Positions 19,293-29,849 are shown, numbered from the stretch's first letter. The stretch: DNA of 42,381 nucleotides from Fidelibacterota bacterium (GCA_002701645.1 NZWP01000022.1:21982-64362), one strand, 5' to 3'. The notes: generated by a model not told the origin, from the letters alone. Program-made: numbers and translations.

Positions 19293-20907
19293 TTAAGTTC
19301 TCTAATCTTTTCTGCGCTAACTCACCTTGTTTAGAATCTGGATGATTACTAGCTAACCATTGATAATAAACGATTGCACTGTCTGAATCTGATAATTCAT
19401 AATCATAGTAATATCCTAAGAAATATGCTGCAATATTAGATGACTCTGTAGAAGAATCTATATTCAAAATACTTCTATAGATCTTAAGAGACTCGTCAGA
19501 ATTCTTAGACCATAAACTTTCTGCTTCTAGCAACATTTCTGACGGCTTATGAGATGTGTTTAAATTCTGATCTTTAATAATAAATTTTGCAAAATCTGAA
19601 TCAGGATACATGCTTAAAATTGTATCTTTATACTTACTTGCACGACTATTATTTTGTGTATTATATATGGAATAGAGCGCAAATGTTGCTGAGGGAAAAA
19701 CAGAAGACTCTTCAAAATTATTCACGATATTCTCAAAGTAATTAATCGAGTCATTTAAATTGCCTAAATCAAATGCCAATATCTCTCCCAACCTATAAAA
19801 TGTGTCGGACTTATCTACAGTGTCATCTTCTTTCAATAATTGATCTAACTTAATCAGATTGGCAACGGCGTCAAGCTTATTTGAAATTAAAACTTTATGA
19901 CTGGAATTTGCGTTTTGCTTCATCGCTTCATTCATAAAGAAGCTAGATTTTGAAAAATCTAAATTTGGACTTTCTAAGTATAAAGTAGAAAGAATATAAT
20001 ATGCCTCAATCGCAATTTTTGTATTGACATAATCTTGTGCAATTATATCTAAACTTTCGATAGCAAATGCTACATTACCCTGATTCAATTCTATCTTAAT
20101 TAATTCTAACCTTAAGTCAGCTTTTATTGATGAAAAATCATCATTTAATAAAAGCTTCTCAATTCTACTTTTAGATTGCTCGATTTGACCCAATAAACGA
20201 TATGTCTGAATAATTTTTAAATTAGATTCACGAATTCTATTTATTGATACGCTATTATTAAGAACTTTCTTATAACTATCTAAAGCTTGTTCATATATTT
20301 TTTTATCATAAGAAAGTTCTGCAATTTGAAAATAAATTTGCTCCCTAGTCAACCGATCCTTACTAGTTTCTGCTCCCAGATTTAGAAAATGAAATGCATT
20401 ATCAGAGTCTTCATTCGCAAGATATATCTCTCCTAATACTAAATAAATACGTGACTTTAAATCAACAGAATCGGTATCAGAAAGCAAATTCTTTAGATCA
20501 TTAATTGCTGGTTGAGGCTTGAAATCTTTCCATTTACATAATGCTAACCAATATCTTGTCTCATCAACAAAGAACTGTTCTTCAGAATCCTGTAATTGAG
20601 TAAATACTTCTTTTGCGCTATCATACTCTCTTCGAAAGAAGTGAGATTTTCCTTTCAATAGCATAGCATCTTTCACGTAATCGCTATCACTGTAATCACT
20701 TAATACCTTATCAGACTTTTCAATAGCCTTACCATATTCTTGAATTGCCTTTGCTGGCAACGAGCTACCAAGGCTCTGAATTCTTAGTTTTTCAGCATTA
20801 CTATAGTGCTCTTCTGCGTTATAAAAAGTATTAAAATATGCACAAGCCTGTAAAAAGACTAAAAGACATAAGTATTTTATGATTTTTGAATTAAATTCAG
20901 ATATCAT
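19282..20907 (-). CDS. TPR-repeat lipoprotein (BamD-like N-terminal region)
   Basis: Lipobox LQAC followed by AYFNTFYNA; multiple TPR-like helical pairs. Confidence 0.8.
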   Translation of the reverse strand: MISEFNSKIIKYLCLLVFLQACAYFNTFYNAEEHYSNAEKLRIQSLGSSLPAKAIQEYGKAIEKSDKVLSDYSDSDYVKDAMLLKGKSHFFRREYDSAKEVFTQLQDSEEQFFVDETRYWLALCKWKDFKPQPAINDLKNLLSDTDSVDLKSRIYLVLGEIYLANEDSDNAFHFLNLGAETSKDRLTREQIYFQIAELSYDKKIYEQALDSYKKVLNNSVSINRIRESNLKIIQTYRLLGQIEQSKSRIEKLLLNDDFSSIKADLRLELIKIELNQGNVAFAIESLDIIAQDYVNTKIAIEAYYILSTLYLESPNLDFSKSSFFMNEAMKQNANSSHKVLISNKLDAVANLIKLDQLLKEDDTVDKSDTFYRLGEILAFDLGNLNDSINYFENIVNNFEESSVFPSATFALYSIYNTQNNSRASKYKDTILSMYPDSDFAKFIIKDQNLNTSHKPSEMLLEAESLWSKNSDESLKIYRSILNIDSSTESSNIAAYFLGYYYDYELSDSDSAIVYYQWLASNHPDSKQGELAQKRLENLNVQ

Positions 20908-20921
20908 AATGCAAATTTACA

Positions 20922-21215
20922 ATGAAGCTTGAAGAATTACAGAACATAATTTCTAAAAAAATATCTGACATGATTACCGTTGAGTCAATTCATGTCTACG
21001 ATTATACTGCTCAGCACGAGAATCACGCTACTTTTGATGGAAATTTTCATCTAAGCATGACATTAGTCAGTCCAAACTTTGAAGGAATGAGCTTGATTGA
21101 AAGACATCAATTAGTCTATAAAGCTGTTGATGAGTATATGCATGTTGAGATTCATGCGTTAACCATGAAAACTCATACTCCTGAAGAATATCAAAAAATA
21201 TTAGATAATTCTTAG
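20922..21215 (+). CDS. bolA: BolA family protein
   Basis: HF...VSPNFEGMSLIERHQLVY...IHAL. Confidence 0.9.
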   Translation: MKLEELQNIISKKISDMITVESIHVYDYTAQHENHATFDGNFHLSMTLVSPNFEGMSLIERHQLVYKAVDEYMHVEIHALTMKTHTPEEYQKILDNS

Positions 21216-21233
21216 TGAAAATTGGCAAAATCT

Positions 21234-21809
21234 TTATTCAGCATAATTAGGTGTAGGAGGAATTCCTAGAGTAATCTCGAATAAATCGCTTTCAAGCGTT
21301 GCTGTTCCAGATGATGGTGATTCAACAATACGTCCTATTTCTTGATTATCTTTACTAACAATCAAAGTTGGAACATATCGAATATCTTTACCTTCCTGTT
21401 CTCTGTTCGGGCTAATCTTATCGCGATCAACAGTTACAATTGAAACATCGTTGATATCAACGCCCATTTCATTGAATATTTTAGCAATTCTCGGAAATTC
21501 TCTTCTACTATCTCCGCACCAGGTACCAAGAAATACTTCGTAGGTATACTCTTCTGGACTATCAATAGCGTTGATTAATTCAGTATCAACCTCATAAGTA
21601 TCAAATCCATCTGAATACCATTCACTAAAAGGATCTTGTTTTAAATCTTGAACTGTAATTTCACCCAATAACATTGGATTTCCAGTCTTAGGATCTTCAA
21701 ACATCCCCTCAGGGATGCTTGAAGAATTGAACATAGGAGAAGTCATATATATAGCTACTAGAGCTACTCCCAATCCTAATAATTGAAGTAATTTATTATC
21801 GCTTTTCAT
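21234..21809 (-). CDS. Thioredoxin-fold exported protein (WCxxS variant)
   Basis: N-terminal TM/signal; FLGTWCGDSRRE, VPT cis-Pro loop, EIGRIVE. Confidence 0.82.
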   Translation of the reverse strand: MKSDNKLLQLLGLGVALVAIYMTSPMFNSSSIPEGMFEDPKTGNPMLLGEITVQDLKQDPFSEWYSDGFDTYEVDTELINAIDSPEEYTYEVFLGTWCGDSRREFPRIAKIFNEMGVDINDVSIVTVDRDKISPNREQEGKDIRYVPTLIVSKDNQEIGRIVESPSSGTATLESDLFEITLGIPPTPNYAE

Positions 21810-22695
21810 TATAGTATTTGAATATCAAGTATGTACCTAATATAGTGCAACACAGCGAAACAACCGAGCCTTCTATACCGAAAGCTCCTCCAGAAATAAC
21901 ATCTGGTACATTTCCTGTATTTTCATGAGCAATCATTTTCCATGAGTCAACACCCATGCCACTGATTTCAAAACCAAATAATCCTTGGAAAAAATTCCAT
22001 CCAAAATGGAAAAATGTTGGTAGCCATAAGTTTTTAGTAAATGTATAGCTAATTCCGAGAATAAATCCTGCAGCAAATAGCTCTGTCATTGGAACCCATG
22101 TACTCCAAACACTTGGGTTTCCAGAATGCACTAATGCAAAGAAGACTGAAGAACCAGCTAATGCAATCCATCTATTATCTGTTTCATCCATCATGTTTTT
22201 TAAAAGATATCCTCGAAAAACAATCTCTTCATTAAATGCAGCAATAAATAACATAATGCTTACCATAAAGACTTCGGCTTTAAATCCAACTGATCCTGTT
22301 ACCGTAATAGCGCCTAAAACCCATAAAATAAGGAATATTCCTCCAATAAATAGTAAAGCGCCTCCTAGGCCAGCTAACATCTCTTTACCGCGATTTTCAA
22401 CGGATAATCCAATATTCATTAATGGCTCTCTATTAACAACAGCCATCATAAACCAAATTGCAGCAAAACTTGATAAAATTCCAAGGGCTGTCATCAGTAG
22501 CATCATCGGTGATCCAAAGCTCATCCCTTGCATACTTGCCACAAATGCATCAGCAGCAGCTGGATCGCTCACATCGACTCCGCTAGAAATCATTATTACA
22601 GCAATTCCAACACCTTGTACGATTGCCTGAGCAAAAAACCATATCGGCATAAATAATACCGCTCTAAGCCAACCATTTTTAATTCTTGGTTCCAT
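21796..22695 (-). CDS. CPBP (CAAX/Abi) intramembrane glutamic protease
   Basis: EEIVFRGY, FALVH, HFGWN, GGAFGIEGS. Confidence 0.9.
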   Translation of the reverse strand: MEPRIKNGWLRAVLFMPIWFFAQAIVQGVGIAVIMISSGVDVSDPAAADAFVASMQGMSFGSPMMLLMTALGILSSFAAIWFMMAVVNREPLMNIGLSVENRGKEMLAGLGGALLFIGGIFLILWVLGAITVTGSVGFKAEVFMVSIMLFIAAFNEEIVFRGYLLKNMMDETDNRWIALAGSSVFFALVHSGNPSVWSTWVPMTELFAAGFILGISYTFTKNLWLPTFFHFGWNFFQGLFGFEISGMGVDSWKMIAHENTGNVPDVISGGAFGIEGSVVSLCCTILGTYLIFKYYNEKR

Positions 22696-22808
22696 TGAAC
22701 CCTCCTTTTTTATTAAAAAATATTACTCTAAATCTATGAAAAAAATTGACTCTAAGTCTTTCTTAAAAAAAAATGCTTAAATTGCACCAATCAAATCAAA
22801 GGAAAAAA

Positions 22809-24203
22809 ATGAAACAGATATATATATTAGCCATCACCATTTTATTTTTTAATGGATGCAATACAACGCAAGATAAACAAATTGAAAATAAATTCAATAT
22901 CTACATTAGCAAGTTATCAAATGAAGAAATTGAGCACAATTTATCTAAAGGCTTAAAACCAATCGCCATTAAAGACAATATCGATGTAAAAGGATTTGCA
23001 AATACTGCTGGATCGCTAGCATTAAAAGACAATCGCCCTTCTAACAATGCTTTCCTTATTCAAAAACTTGTAGATAATGGATATTTTGTCATTGGCAAAA
23101 CTAATCTATCTGAATGGGCTAACTTTCGTTCTTCTTCATCAACAAGTGGTTGGTCTAGCATGGGCGGTCAAACAATTAATCCTTATGGGTCAATGCGCAC
23201 CCCATGTGGTTCTAGTTCTGGCTCAGGTGTCGTGGTTGCAACTGGGTTGATTGATGTTGCAATTGGAACAGAAACAAATGGATCAGTAAGTTGCCCTTCT
23301 TCTGTCAATGGTATTGTAGGAATCAAACCTACTGTAGGCCTTGTCAGTAGATCTGGTATTATTCCTATTTCACATACACAGGATACCGCAGGACCAATGG
23401 CAAGCTCTGTACAAAAAGCAGCTGAAATATTAGAAATTATTGCAGGAGAAGATATAAATGACCCTGCTACATTAAACATTCCAAAAGATTTTAATTTTGA
23501 TTTTACGTCCGAATTAAATCAAGAGTCATTACAAGGAAAAAGATTTGGATTGCTTTCCACTGGATCGCACGATGAAGATGGAGAAAAAGCGATTGGAAAG
23601 ATAAAAGAATTGCTTGAAAATTCTGGTGCTATAGTGATTGAAGTTGATGATAAAAGAGAGTATCCTGGAGAAGCAGAACTATTGGTGTTAATGTATGAAT
23701 TCAAGGAAAATCTTGAAAAATACCTATCTACTTCAAATTCTCCTTTTAAAACTCTTCAAGAACTCATCGAATTCAATGACGCAAACAAAGAAAAAGTTTT
23801 AAAATATTTTGATCAAAGTATTTTTGTTGATAGCGACAAAACTACCTCTCAAAAAGAACAATATCTTGTTGCATTAGATCAAATACTAGATACTAGAAAT
23901 GGTATTGATAGTCTGCTTGAAGAAAACAATGTTGATGCGCTTGTTGGTTTATCATGGAGCCCTGCTTGGGCAATCAATCATGATGGTGGCGATGATGAAG
24001 CGATTGCAGCATATAGATTCTGGGTCAATGGAAGTTATGCTGCTATGGCAGGATATCCACATGTTACCGTTCCTTTAGATTATATTGATAGCCTTCCTAT
24101 TGGAATGTCATTTATTGGAACAGCATGGTCTGATAAACAATTAATAGAGTATGCACATTCTTTTGAACAATTAAATAATTTTCACCCAACACCCGCGCTC
24201 TAA
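22809..24203 (+). CDS. Amidase-signature family lipoprotein
   Basis: KDNID, GKTNLSEWANFR, CGSSSGSG, IGTETNGSVSCPS. Start placed at ATG 22809 (AGGA upstream, lipobox FNGC); the ORF is open from 22773. Confidence 0.9.
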   Translation: MKQIYILAITILFFNGCNTTQDKQIENKFNIYISKLSNEEIEHNLSKGLKPIAIKDNIDVKGFANTAGSLALKDNRPSNNAFLIQKLVDNGYFVIGKTNLSEWANFRSSSSTSGWSSMGGQTINPYGSMRTPCGSSSGSGVVVATGLIDVAIGTETNGSVSCPSSVNGIVGIKPTVGLVSRSGIIPISHTQDTAGPMASSVQKAAEILEIIAGEDINDPATLNIPKDFNFDFTSELNQESLQGKRFGLLSTGSHDEDGEKAIGKIKELLENSGAIVIEVDDKREYPGEAELLVLMYEFKENLEKYLSTSNSPFKTLQELIEFNDANKEKVLKYFDQSIFVDSDKTTSQKEQYLVALDQILDTRNGIDSLLEENNVDALVGLSWSPAWAINHDGGDDEAIAAYRFWVNGSYAAMAGYPHVTVPLDYIDSLPIGMSFIGTAWSDKQLIEYAHSFEQLNNFHPTPAL

Positions 24204-24205
24204 TA

Positions 24206-24328
24206 ATGAATATTGTCTTAGAAAAAATCCTTATCGCTATAATCGGCTTTATGTTGATTCTGTTAATCTTTATTATTCTAAGAGATTTGATTAAAACTCT
24301 ATTGACAAAAATTAAGAAATTACTTTAA
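24206..24328 (+). CDS. Small single-pass membrane protein (40 aa)
   Basis: Manual translation MNIVLEKILIAIIGFMLILLIFIILRDLIKTLLTKIKKLL; begins 2 nt after the amidase stop and fills the gap. Confidence 0.45.
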   Translation: MNIVLEKILIAIIGFMLILLIFIILRDLIKTLLTKIKKLL

Positions 24329-24358
24329 GTTAAGAGAATGAGATAATTTCTATTTATA

Positions 24359-25717
24359 ATGAAAAATAATACATCACACAGCAAAGGCTTAAAATGGGGT
24401 CCATTTGTAACAAGAATTCCATTTATACACATTAAGCTTAGAGCAGCAGAATTTTTTCAGGGGATAGTTATATCTGGCGCAACAGCCTTTGCCGGCATTC
24501 CTATTGCAATGGGGATGGGTCTAACTTTTGAAGAAGGCGTTGCTCTTTCTTTAATAGCCGGAACGCTAATTGCTGCAGGCCCTATCATTTTCGGGGTCCC
24601 GTTTGCTCCGGGATGGGTTACGCCGGCCTACCCAATCGTTATAGGCGTATTTGCAACGATGGGATATTATTCACCAGCTGGGGCAGAATATCAAGTTGAA
24701 ACCTTTCAGTTTATGTCTGCTTTGTGTATAGAATTTACCTTGTTAACTGCCATTTTAGGAATGACAGGCTTAAGCAGTAAAATTGTTAATTATATTCCCA
24801 ATACATTAAAGTCAGGTATTATTCTGGGAGCCGCAATAGCAGCGTTCTACCAAGTATTTTTTAAAGAATTTGATTCCAAGTATATGGAGCAACCCGTGGC
24901 CATGACTATTGCTTTAGCTATATGTATACTTACTACTTTTTCAGAGCCGTTTAAAAAATTAGCAAGTTCAAATAAAAACTTTCAGAAATTAAGCTCACTA
25001 GGTCTCCTTCCAGGCTTTGTAATAGCAGCAACAGTTGCTTATGTTATAGGTGAAGCTACATTAAATATTACTTGGGGTTTTAAATTTCCAGACGTTGTTA
25101 CGCTGTTTGAAAGAACCTCTCCTTTTTCAATTGGATTTCCAACACCAGATATGTACCTAAATGCTTTGCCGCTAGTAATAATTGGATACATTCTTCTTTT
25201 TGGTGACATTATTACGGGAAAAGCAATTTTAAATGATGCCCAAAAAGAAAGACCGGATGAGGTACTAGACGTTAACGTTAATAAGGTCCATTTATCAATA
25301 GCGGTTAGAAATTTTCTTGGGTTAATTATTAACCCAAACTTTCCAACACAGGGAGCCTTGTGGACAGGTGTTCATGTTGTTGTTGCTGAAAGATGGAGAA
25401 AAGGCCCCAAAGAAATGCCCTCAATATTTGATGGATTAGGATCTTATTATTTGATGGCGATTCCACTTTTGTATGTAACGATGCCTTTTGTAACTCTTAT
25501 GCAACCCCTGATGAATATAGCCCTAAACCTAACATTAGTACTCACTGGGTTTGCATGCGCCTATGTGGCACTTGCCATTCCCAAAACGAACGCCGAAACA
25601 GCTTGTGCCCTTCTAATAGGTCTTCTTGTGGCTTTTTCAGGAGAATATGTTTGGGTTGCTTTATTAGTTGGTATACTGCTTAGTGTTTTTGTGGTTGGGC
25701 TTCACAAAAAACAATGA
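24359..25717 (+). CDS. Polytopic permease, possibly NCS2/SLC23-like
   Basis: About 12 hydrophobic segments; motifs WGPFVTRIPFIH, PGWVTPA, YILLFGD. Family assignment is tentative. Confidence 0.6.
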   Translation: MKNNTSHSKGLKWGPFVTRIPFIHIKLRAAEFFQGIVISGATAFAGIPIAMGMGLTFEEGVALSLIAGTLIAAGPIIFGVPFAPGWVTPAYPIVIGVFATMGYYSPAGAEYQVETFQFMSALCIEFTLLTAILGMTGLSSKIVNYIPNTLKSGIILGAAIAAFYQVFFKEFDSKYMEQPVAMTIALAICILTTFSEPFKKLASSNKNFQKLSSLGLLPGFVIAATVAYVIGEATLNITWGFKFPDVVTLFERTSPFSIGFPTPDMYLNALPLVIIGYILLFGDIITGKAILNDAQKERPDEVLDVNVNKVHLSIAVRNFLGLIINPNFPTQGALWTGVHVVVAERWRKGPKEMPSIFDGLGSYYLMAIPLLYVTMPFVTLMQPLMNIALNLTLVLTGFACAYVALAIPKTNAETACALLIGLLVAFSGEYVWVALLVGILLSVFVVGLHKKQ

Positions 25718-27072
25718 AACCATCAATCAGCCGCCGAGACTTTGTTAAAACAACTACAATGGCTGGGGTTGCCGCATCTATAGCACCAACTATTCTATTT
25801 GGTAGTCCTTCTCAAAGATTGCAAGTAGGGATAATTGGCACAGGATTTCGTGGTCAATGGGTTTCACAACTTTTGTTGAACCGTCCCGATGTGGACATTC
25901 CTGTAATTTGTGATATTGATGATATTATGATTGAAAGAGTTTTAAAAATCTTTGAAAAAGCTAATCGTCCTTTGCCAAAAATATACAAAAATGGTCCAGA
26001 AGATTTTCGAAACATGGTTGCAAACGAAGACTTAGATGGAGTATATATTGCTACCCCATGGGAATGGCACCATCCTATGGCTGTTGCCGCCATGAAAAAT
26101 AATATTCATGTAGGCACAGAGGTTCCAGCAGCCCTTACCGTTAAAGAGTGTTGGGATTTGGTTAATATATCTGAAAAAACCGGCAAACTGTGTATGATTA
26201 TGGAAAACGTAAACTATCGAAGAGATGTTATGGCGGTTCTCAATATGGTTCGTCAAGGACTATTTGGCGAGCTGCTTCACTGTCAAGGCGGATATCAGCA
26301 TGATTTACGGCATGTGAAATTTAATGATGGTGTTGGCGCCTATGGGGGTGGTGTAGAATTTGGTGATAAAGGTTTTTCAGAAGCACGATGGAGAACACAA
26401 CACTCTGTAGATCGTAACGCTGATCTTTATCCTACCCACGGACTAGGGCCTGTAAGCACCATGTTAGACATTAATCGTGGCAACAGAATGCTTTCCCTCA
26501 CCTCTACAGCAACCCAGTCCCGCGGACTTCATAAGTATATTGTAGACTTGGGAGGGGAAAATCATCCCAATGCAAAAATAGATTTTAAGTTAGGCGACAT
26601 AGTTACAACAGTTATTAAGTGTGCCAAAGGACAAACAGTTGTACTAAGCCACGATACAAATTCACCTAGACCGTATTCTTTAAATTTTCGCGTTCAAGGT
26701 ACTCAAGGACTGTGGATGAAAGACAACCGTTCTATTTATATAGAAGGCACAAGCCCAAGCGAACATCAATGGGAATCAGATGAAGAGTATTTAAAAAAAT
26801 ATGACCACCCTCTTTGGAAAAAATTTGAAGATCAAGCCGCTGGCTCAGGCCATGGAGGCATGGATTTTTTTATTGTCCGCGCATTTATAGAAGCACTAAA
26901 AGACAACCAAACACCGGTAATTGATGTCTATGATGCTGTCAGTATGAGCGTAATAGTTCCTTTGTCAGAAAAATCCATTAAACTAAATAGCACTGCAGTG
27001 AAAATTCCTGATTTTACACGAGGGAAATGGAAAACAAATCCACCTATTTTTGGTTTAGATGAAAGATATTAA
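25714..27072 (+). CDS. GH109 NAD+-dependent glycoside hydrolase (alpha-N-acetylgalactosaminidase-like, Gfo/Idh/MocA fold), Tat-exported
   Basis: SRRDFVK Tat motif, GIIGTGFRG, IATPWEWH, EVPAA, MENVNY, YPTHGLGP, GHGGMD. Confidence 0.88.
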   Translation: MKPSISRRDFVKTTTMAGVAASIAPTILFGSPSQRLQVGIIGTGFRGQWVSQLLLNRPDVDIPVICDIDDIMIERVLKIFEKANRPLPKIYKNGPEDFRNMVANEDLDGVYIATPWEWHHPMAVAAMKNNIHVGTEVPAALTVKECWDLVNISEKTGKLCMIMENVNYRRDVMAVLNMVRQGLFGELLHCQGGYQHDLRHVKFNDGVGAYGGGVEFGDKGFSEARWRTQHSVDRNADLYPTHGLGPVSTMLDINRGNRMLSLTSTATQSRGLHKYIVDLGGENHPNAKIDFKLGDIVTTVIKCAKGQTVVLSHDTNSPRPYSLNFRVQGTQGLWMKDNRSIYIEGTSPSEHQWESDEEYLKKYDHPLWKKFEDQAAGSGHGGMDFFIVRAFIEALKDNQTPVIDVYDAVSMSVIVPLSEKSIKLNSTAVKIPDFTRGKWKTNPPIFGLDERY

Positions 27073-28806
27073 ATGATTTTATCTCCATTGGATTGGGCCA
27101 TTGTTTCCGCCTATTTGCTATTTTCGCTTATTGTGGGTATTTGGGCCTCAAAACAAGCTGGCCACGATACAAAATCATTTTTTTTAGCTGGTAGAAATAT
27201 GCCTTGGTGGCTTTTGGGTATTAGTATGGTAGCAACTACATTTTCTACGGATACGCCAAACCTAGTAACAGACCTGGTCCGCAGAAACGGTGTAGCAGGA
27301 AACTGGACTTGGTGGGCGTTTTTGTTGACCGGCATGTTAACAGTTTTTGTATATGCCAAGCTTTGGCGACGCTCTGGCGTGCTTACTGATATTGAATTTT
27401 ATGAACTTCGTTATAGTGGAAAAGCTGCAACTTTTCTACGAGGATTCCGTGCTTTGTATTTAGGGTTGGTTTTTAATGTTTTGGTGATGGGTGCCGTCAG
27501 TTTAGCGGCTGTAAAGTTTGGTGAGATTGTGTTAGGCCTCCCTGGATGGATAACGCTTTGTATCGCTTGTTCCGTTACGTTAATATATTCGACATTAGGA
27601 GGGCTTAAAGCTGTTATTATTACAGACTTTGTTCAATTTGCCATAGCTATGATTGGTTCAATCTGGGGGATGCTTTATATTGTTAGATTGCCAGAAGTTG
27701 GAGGGTTGTCCAAACTAATTTCGCACCCAAACGTAATTGACAAGATCGCATTAATCCCTGATTTATCTGATCCAAACCTATGGGTTCCAGTGTTATTGAT
27801 TCCTTTATCGGTGCAATGGTGGGCCAGCTATTATCCTGGTGCGGAACCTGGTGGTGGCGGATACATTGCCCAGCGTATGTTTTCTGCTAAAGACGAATCC
27901 AATGCTGTTAAAGCTACTTTTCTATTCAATGTAGCTCATTATGCTTTGCGCCCGTGGCCATGGATTCTTATAGCCTTATCATCTCTTATTATTTTTCCAG
28001 AACTAACTGATATCCAAACTGCATTTCCTACTCTTTCCAGTGATAAACTTGGTCATGATGTGGCTTACCCCGCTATGCTTACTTTGTTGCCGCCAGGGCT
28101 TTTAGGATTGGTTGTTGCATCGCTTATTGCTGCTTTTATGAGCACCATGTCTACCCAATTAAATTTAGGCGCCAGCTACTTGGTAAATGATTTTTATCAT
28201 CGGTTTATTAATCCTGATGCATCAGAAAAACAATTGGTCCTAGCTGGACGACTGTTTACGGTAATTTCTGTCTTTTTAGGTGGCGGGCTAGGCCTGTTGC
28301 TCACCAGCGCTGGACAAGCCTTTACACTATTACTTATGATAGGTGCTGGTACGGGTCTCATTTATATCTTGCGGTGGTTTTGGTGGCGAATTAATGCCTA
28401 CACTGAAATCGTTGCAATGATTAGTTCGATTGTTATTGCAGGATATTTTAATTTTGTTAACACAGGACTAGAAGATTGGGAAAAAATTACTATTGGTGCA
28501 GCGCTTACTACTGTTGTTTGGCTGCTTGCAACCTATTTGACGCCACCAGACAATGAAGAAACATTACGAAACTTTGTAAAAAAAGTTAATCCTGGTGGCC
28601 CTGGATGGGCAAAATATACCGATGAAACTCCAGAGGAACCTTGGCCAGTTCCAAATGGAATCCTTTGTATGGTGTTGGGTTGTATAGCCACCTACAGCTT
28701 TCTTTTAGGCGTCGGCCAATTAATTTATGGACAAATAGAATTGGGAATCCTAATTTGTAGTCTAGGGCTCATTTCATCTTTCGGCCTATTTAAATTATGG
28801 AAATAA
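27073..28806 (+). CDS. Sodium:solute symporter (SSS family)
   Basis: FFLAGRNMPWW, SMVATTFSTDTP, GGLKAVIITDFVQ, IAQRMFSAKDE, AAFMST. Confidence 0.92.
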   Translation: MILSPLDWAIVSAYLLFSLIVGIWASKQAGHDTKSFFLAGRNMPWWLLGISMVATTFSTDTPNLVTDLVRRNGVAGNWTWWAFLLTGMLTVFVYAKLWRRSGVLTDIEFYELRYSGKAATFLRGFRALYLGLVFNVLVMGAVSLAAVKFGEIVLGLPGWITLCIACSVTLIYSTLGGLKAVIITDFVQFAIAMIGSIWGMLYIVRLPEVGGLSKLISHPNVIDKIALIPDLSDPNLWVPVLLIPLSVQWWASYYPGAEPGGGGYIAQRMFSAKDESNAVKATFLFNVAHYALRPWPWILIALSSLIIFPELTDIQTAFPTLSSDKLGHDVAYPAMLTLLPPGLLGLVVASLIAAFMSTMSTQLNLGASYLVNDFYHRFINPDASEKQLVLAGRLFTVISVFLGGGLGLLLTSAGQAFTLLLMIGAGTGLIYILRWFWWRINAYTEIVAMISSIVIAGYFNFVNTGLEDWEKITIGAALTTVVWLLATYLTPPDNEETLRNFVKKVNPGGPGWAKYTDETPEEPWPVPNGILCMVLGCIATYSFLLGVGQLIYGQIELGILICSLGLISSFGLFKLWK

Positions 28807-29849
28807 CTACTCCAGGGCGAATTTGTCTTTTCGGTGAACACTCCGATTATTTGGGGTTGCCCATTATTGCAATGGCCATTTCTTTGCGCGCCAAAATTTC
28901 AGGACACAAAAGAACCGATAATCAAGTGATCATTCATCAACCCGACATCAATGAAACAGAAACATTTTCCCTCGAGGATTTACGTTACACTAAATCCCGC
29001 GACTATTTCAAAAGTTGCATTAAGACATGTCAAAATGAAGGGCTTATTTTTTCATCTGGTTTTGAATGTGAGGTGAGCAGCCAAATACCTATTCGTGCAG
29101 GCGCTAGTAGTTCATCTGCTATTAATGTGAGTTGGATTCATTTTTTGTCTAAAATGGCTGATAATCCTATTGAATGGACACAAGAAAAAATTGGAGAATT
29201 AACTTATCAAGCAGAATCAACCGAATTCAATGAACCGGGCGGTATGATGGATCAATATACAACTGCTATGGGCCACATTATACATTTGGAGTCAGAACCA
29301 AATATCTCCATCCAATCGTTAAACCCAAAATTGGGCTCATTTGTGTTGGGAGATTCAGACCAGCCGAAAGACACAATGGGAATTTTAAAACGCTTAAATG
29401 ATTCGCGAGTAGAAATACTAAATACATTACGAACCAAAAATCCAACAATTAATATCCATACGATGAATAATGACATTAATCTTTCTGATTTAAATAATGA
29501 ACAAAGAAAGATGTACAAGGGAACAGTTCAAAATAGAAACTTGCTGCAAAAAGCATTAGTAGAGCTAGAAAAAAATAAGCCAAACTATGAATTAATTGGT
29601 ACGCTTCTTACCGAACTTCATGTGGTGCTAAGAGATATATTTGATATAAGTACCCCTAAAATTGAATCGATGCTTGATGCAGCAATGAATGCAGGCGCCT
29701 TGGGAGGGAAAATTACTGGATCAGGTGGTGGTGGTTGTATGTTTGCTTACGCGCCAGACCATCCAGAAAAAGTTGCTGAAGCCATCGAACAAGCAGGAGG
29801 AAAAGCATATATTGTTTATTCAGATGATGGCACACGGTATAAAAAATAA
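28797..29849 (+). CDS. GHMP sugar kinase (galactokinase/GalNAc kinase-like)
   Basis: PGRICLFGEHSDY, IPIRAGASSSSA, GGMMDQY, GGKITGSGGGGC. Confidence 0.87.
   Translation: MEITTPGRICLFGEHSDYLGLPIIAMAISLRAKISGHKRTDNQVIIHQPDINETETFSLEDLRYTKSRDYFKSCIKTCQNEGLIFSSGFECEVSSQIPIRAGASSSSAINVSWIHFLSKMADNPIEWTQEKIGELTYQAESTEFNEPGGMMDQYTTAMGHIIHLESEPNISIQSLNPKLGSFVLGDSDQPKDTMGILKRLNDSRVEILNTLRTKNPTINIHTMNNDINLSDLNNEQRKMYKGTVQNRNLLQKALVELEKNKPNYELIGTLLTELHVVLRDIFDISTPKIESMLDAAMNAGALGGKITGSGGGGCMFAYAPDHPEKVAEAIEQAGGKAYIVYSDDGTRYKK

Noticed and set aside
21796-22695. CPBP 'Abi' protein as an abortive-infection defence gene
   Set aside because: The Abi label for this family is a historical misnomer; the motifs indicate an ordinary intramembrane protease in a non-island context.
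22765-22773. A9 tract at the amidase 5' end as a phase-variation switch
   Set aside because: Short A-runs are common at this AT content, and the likely start is downstream at 22809.
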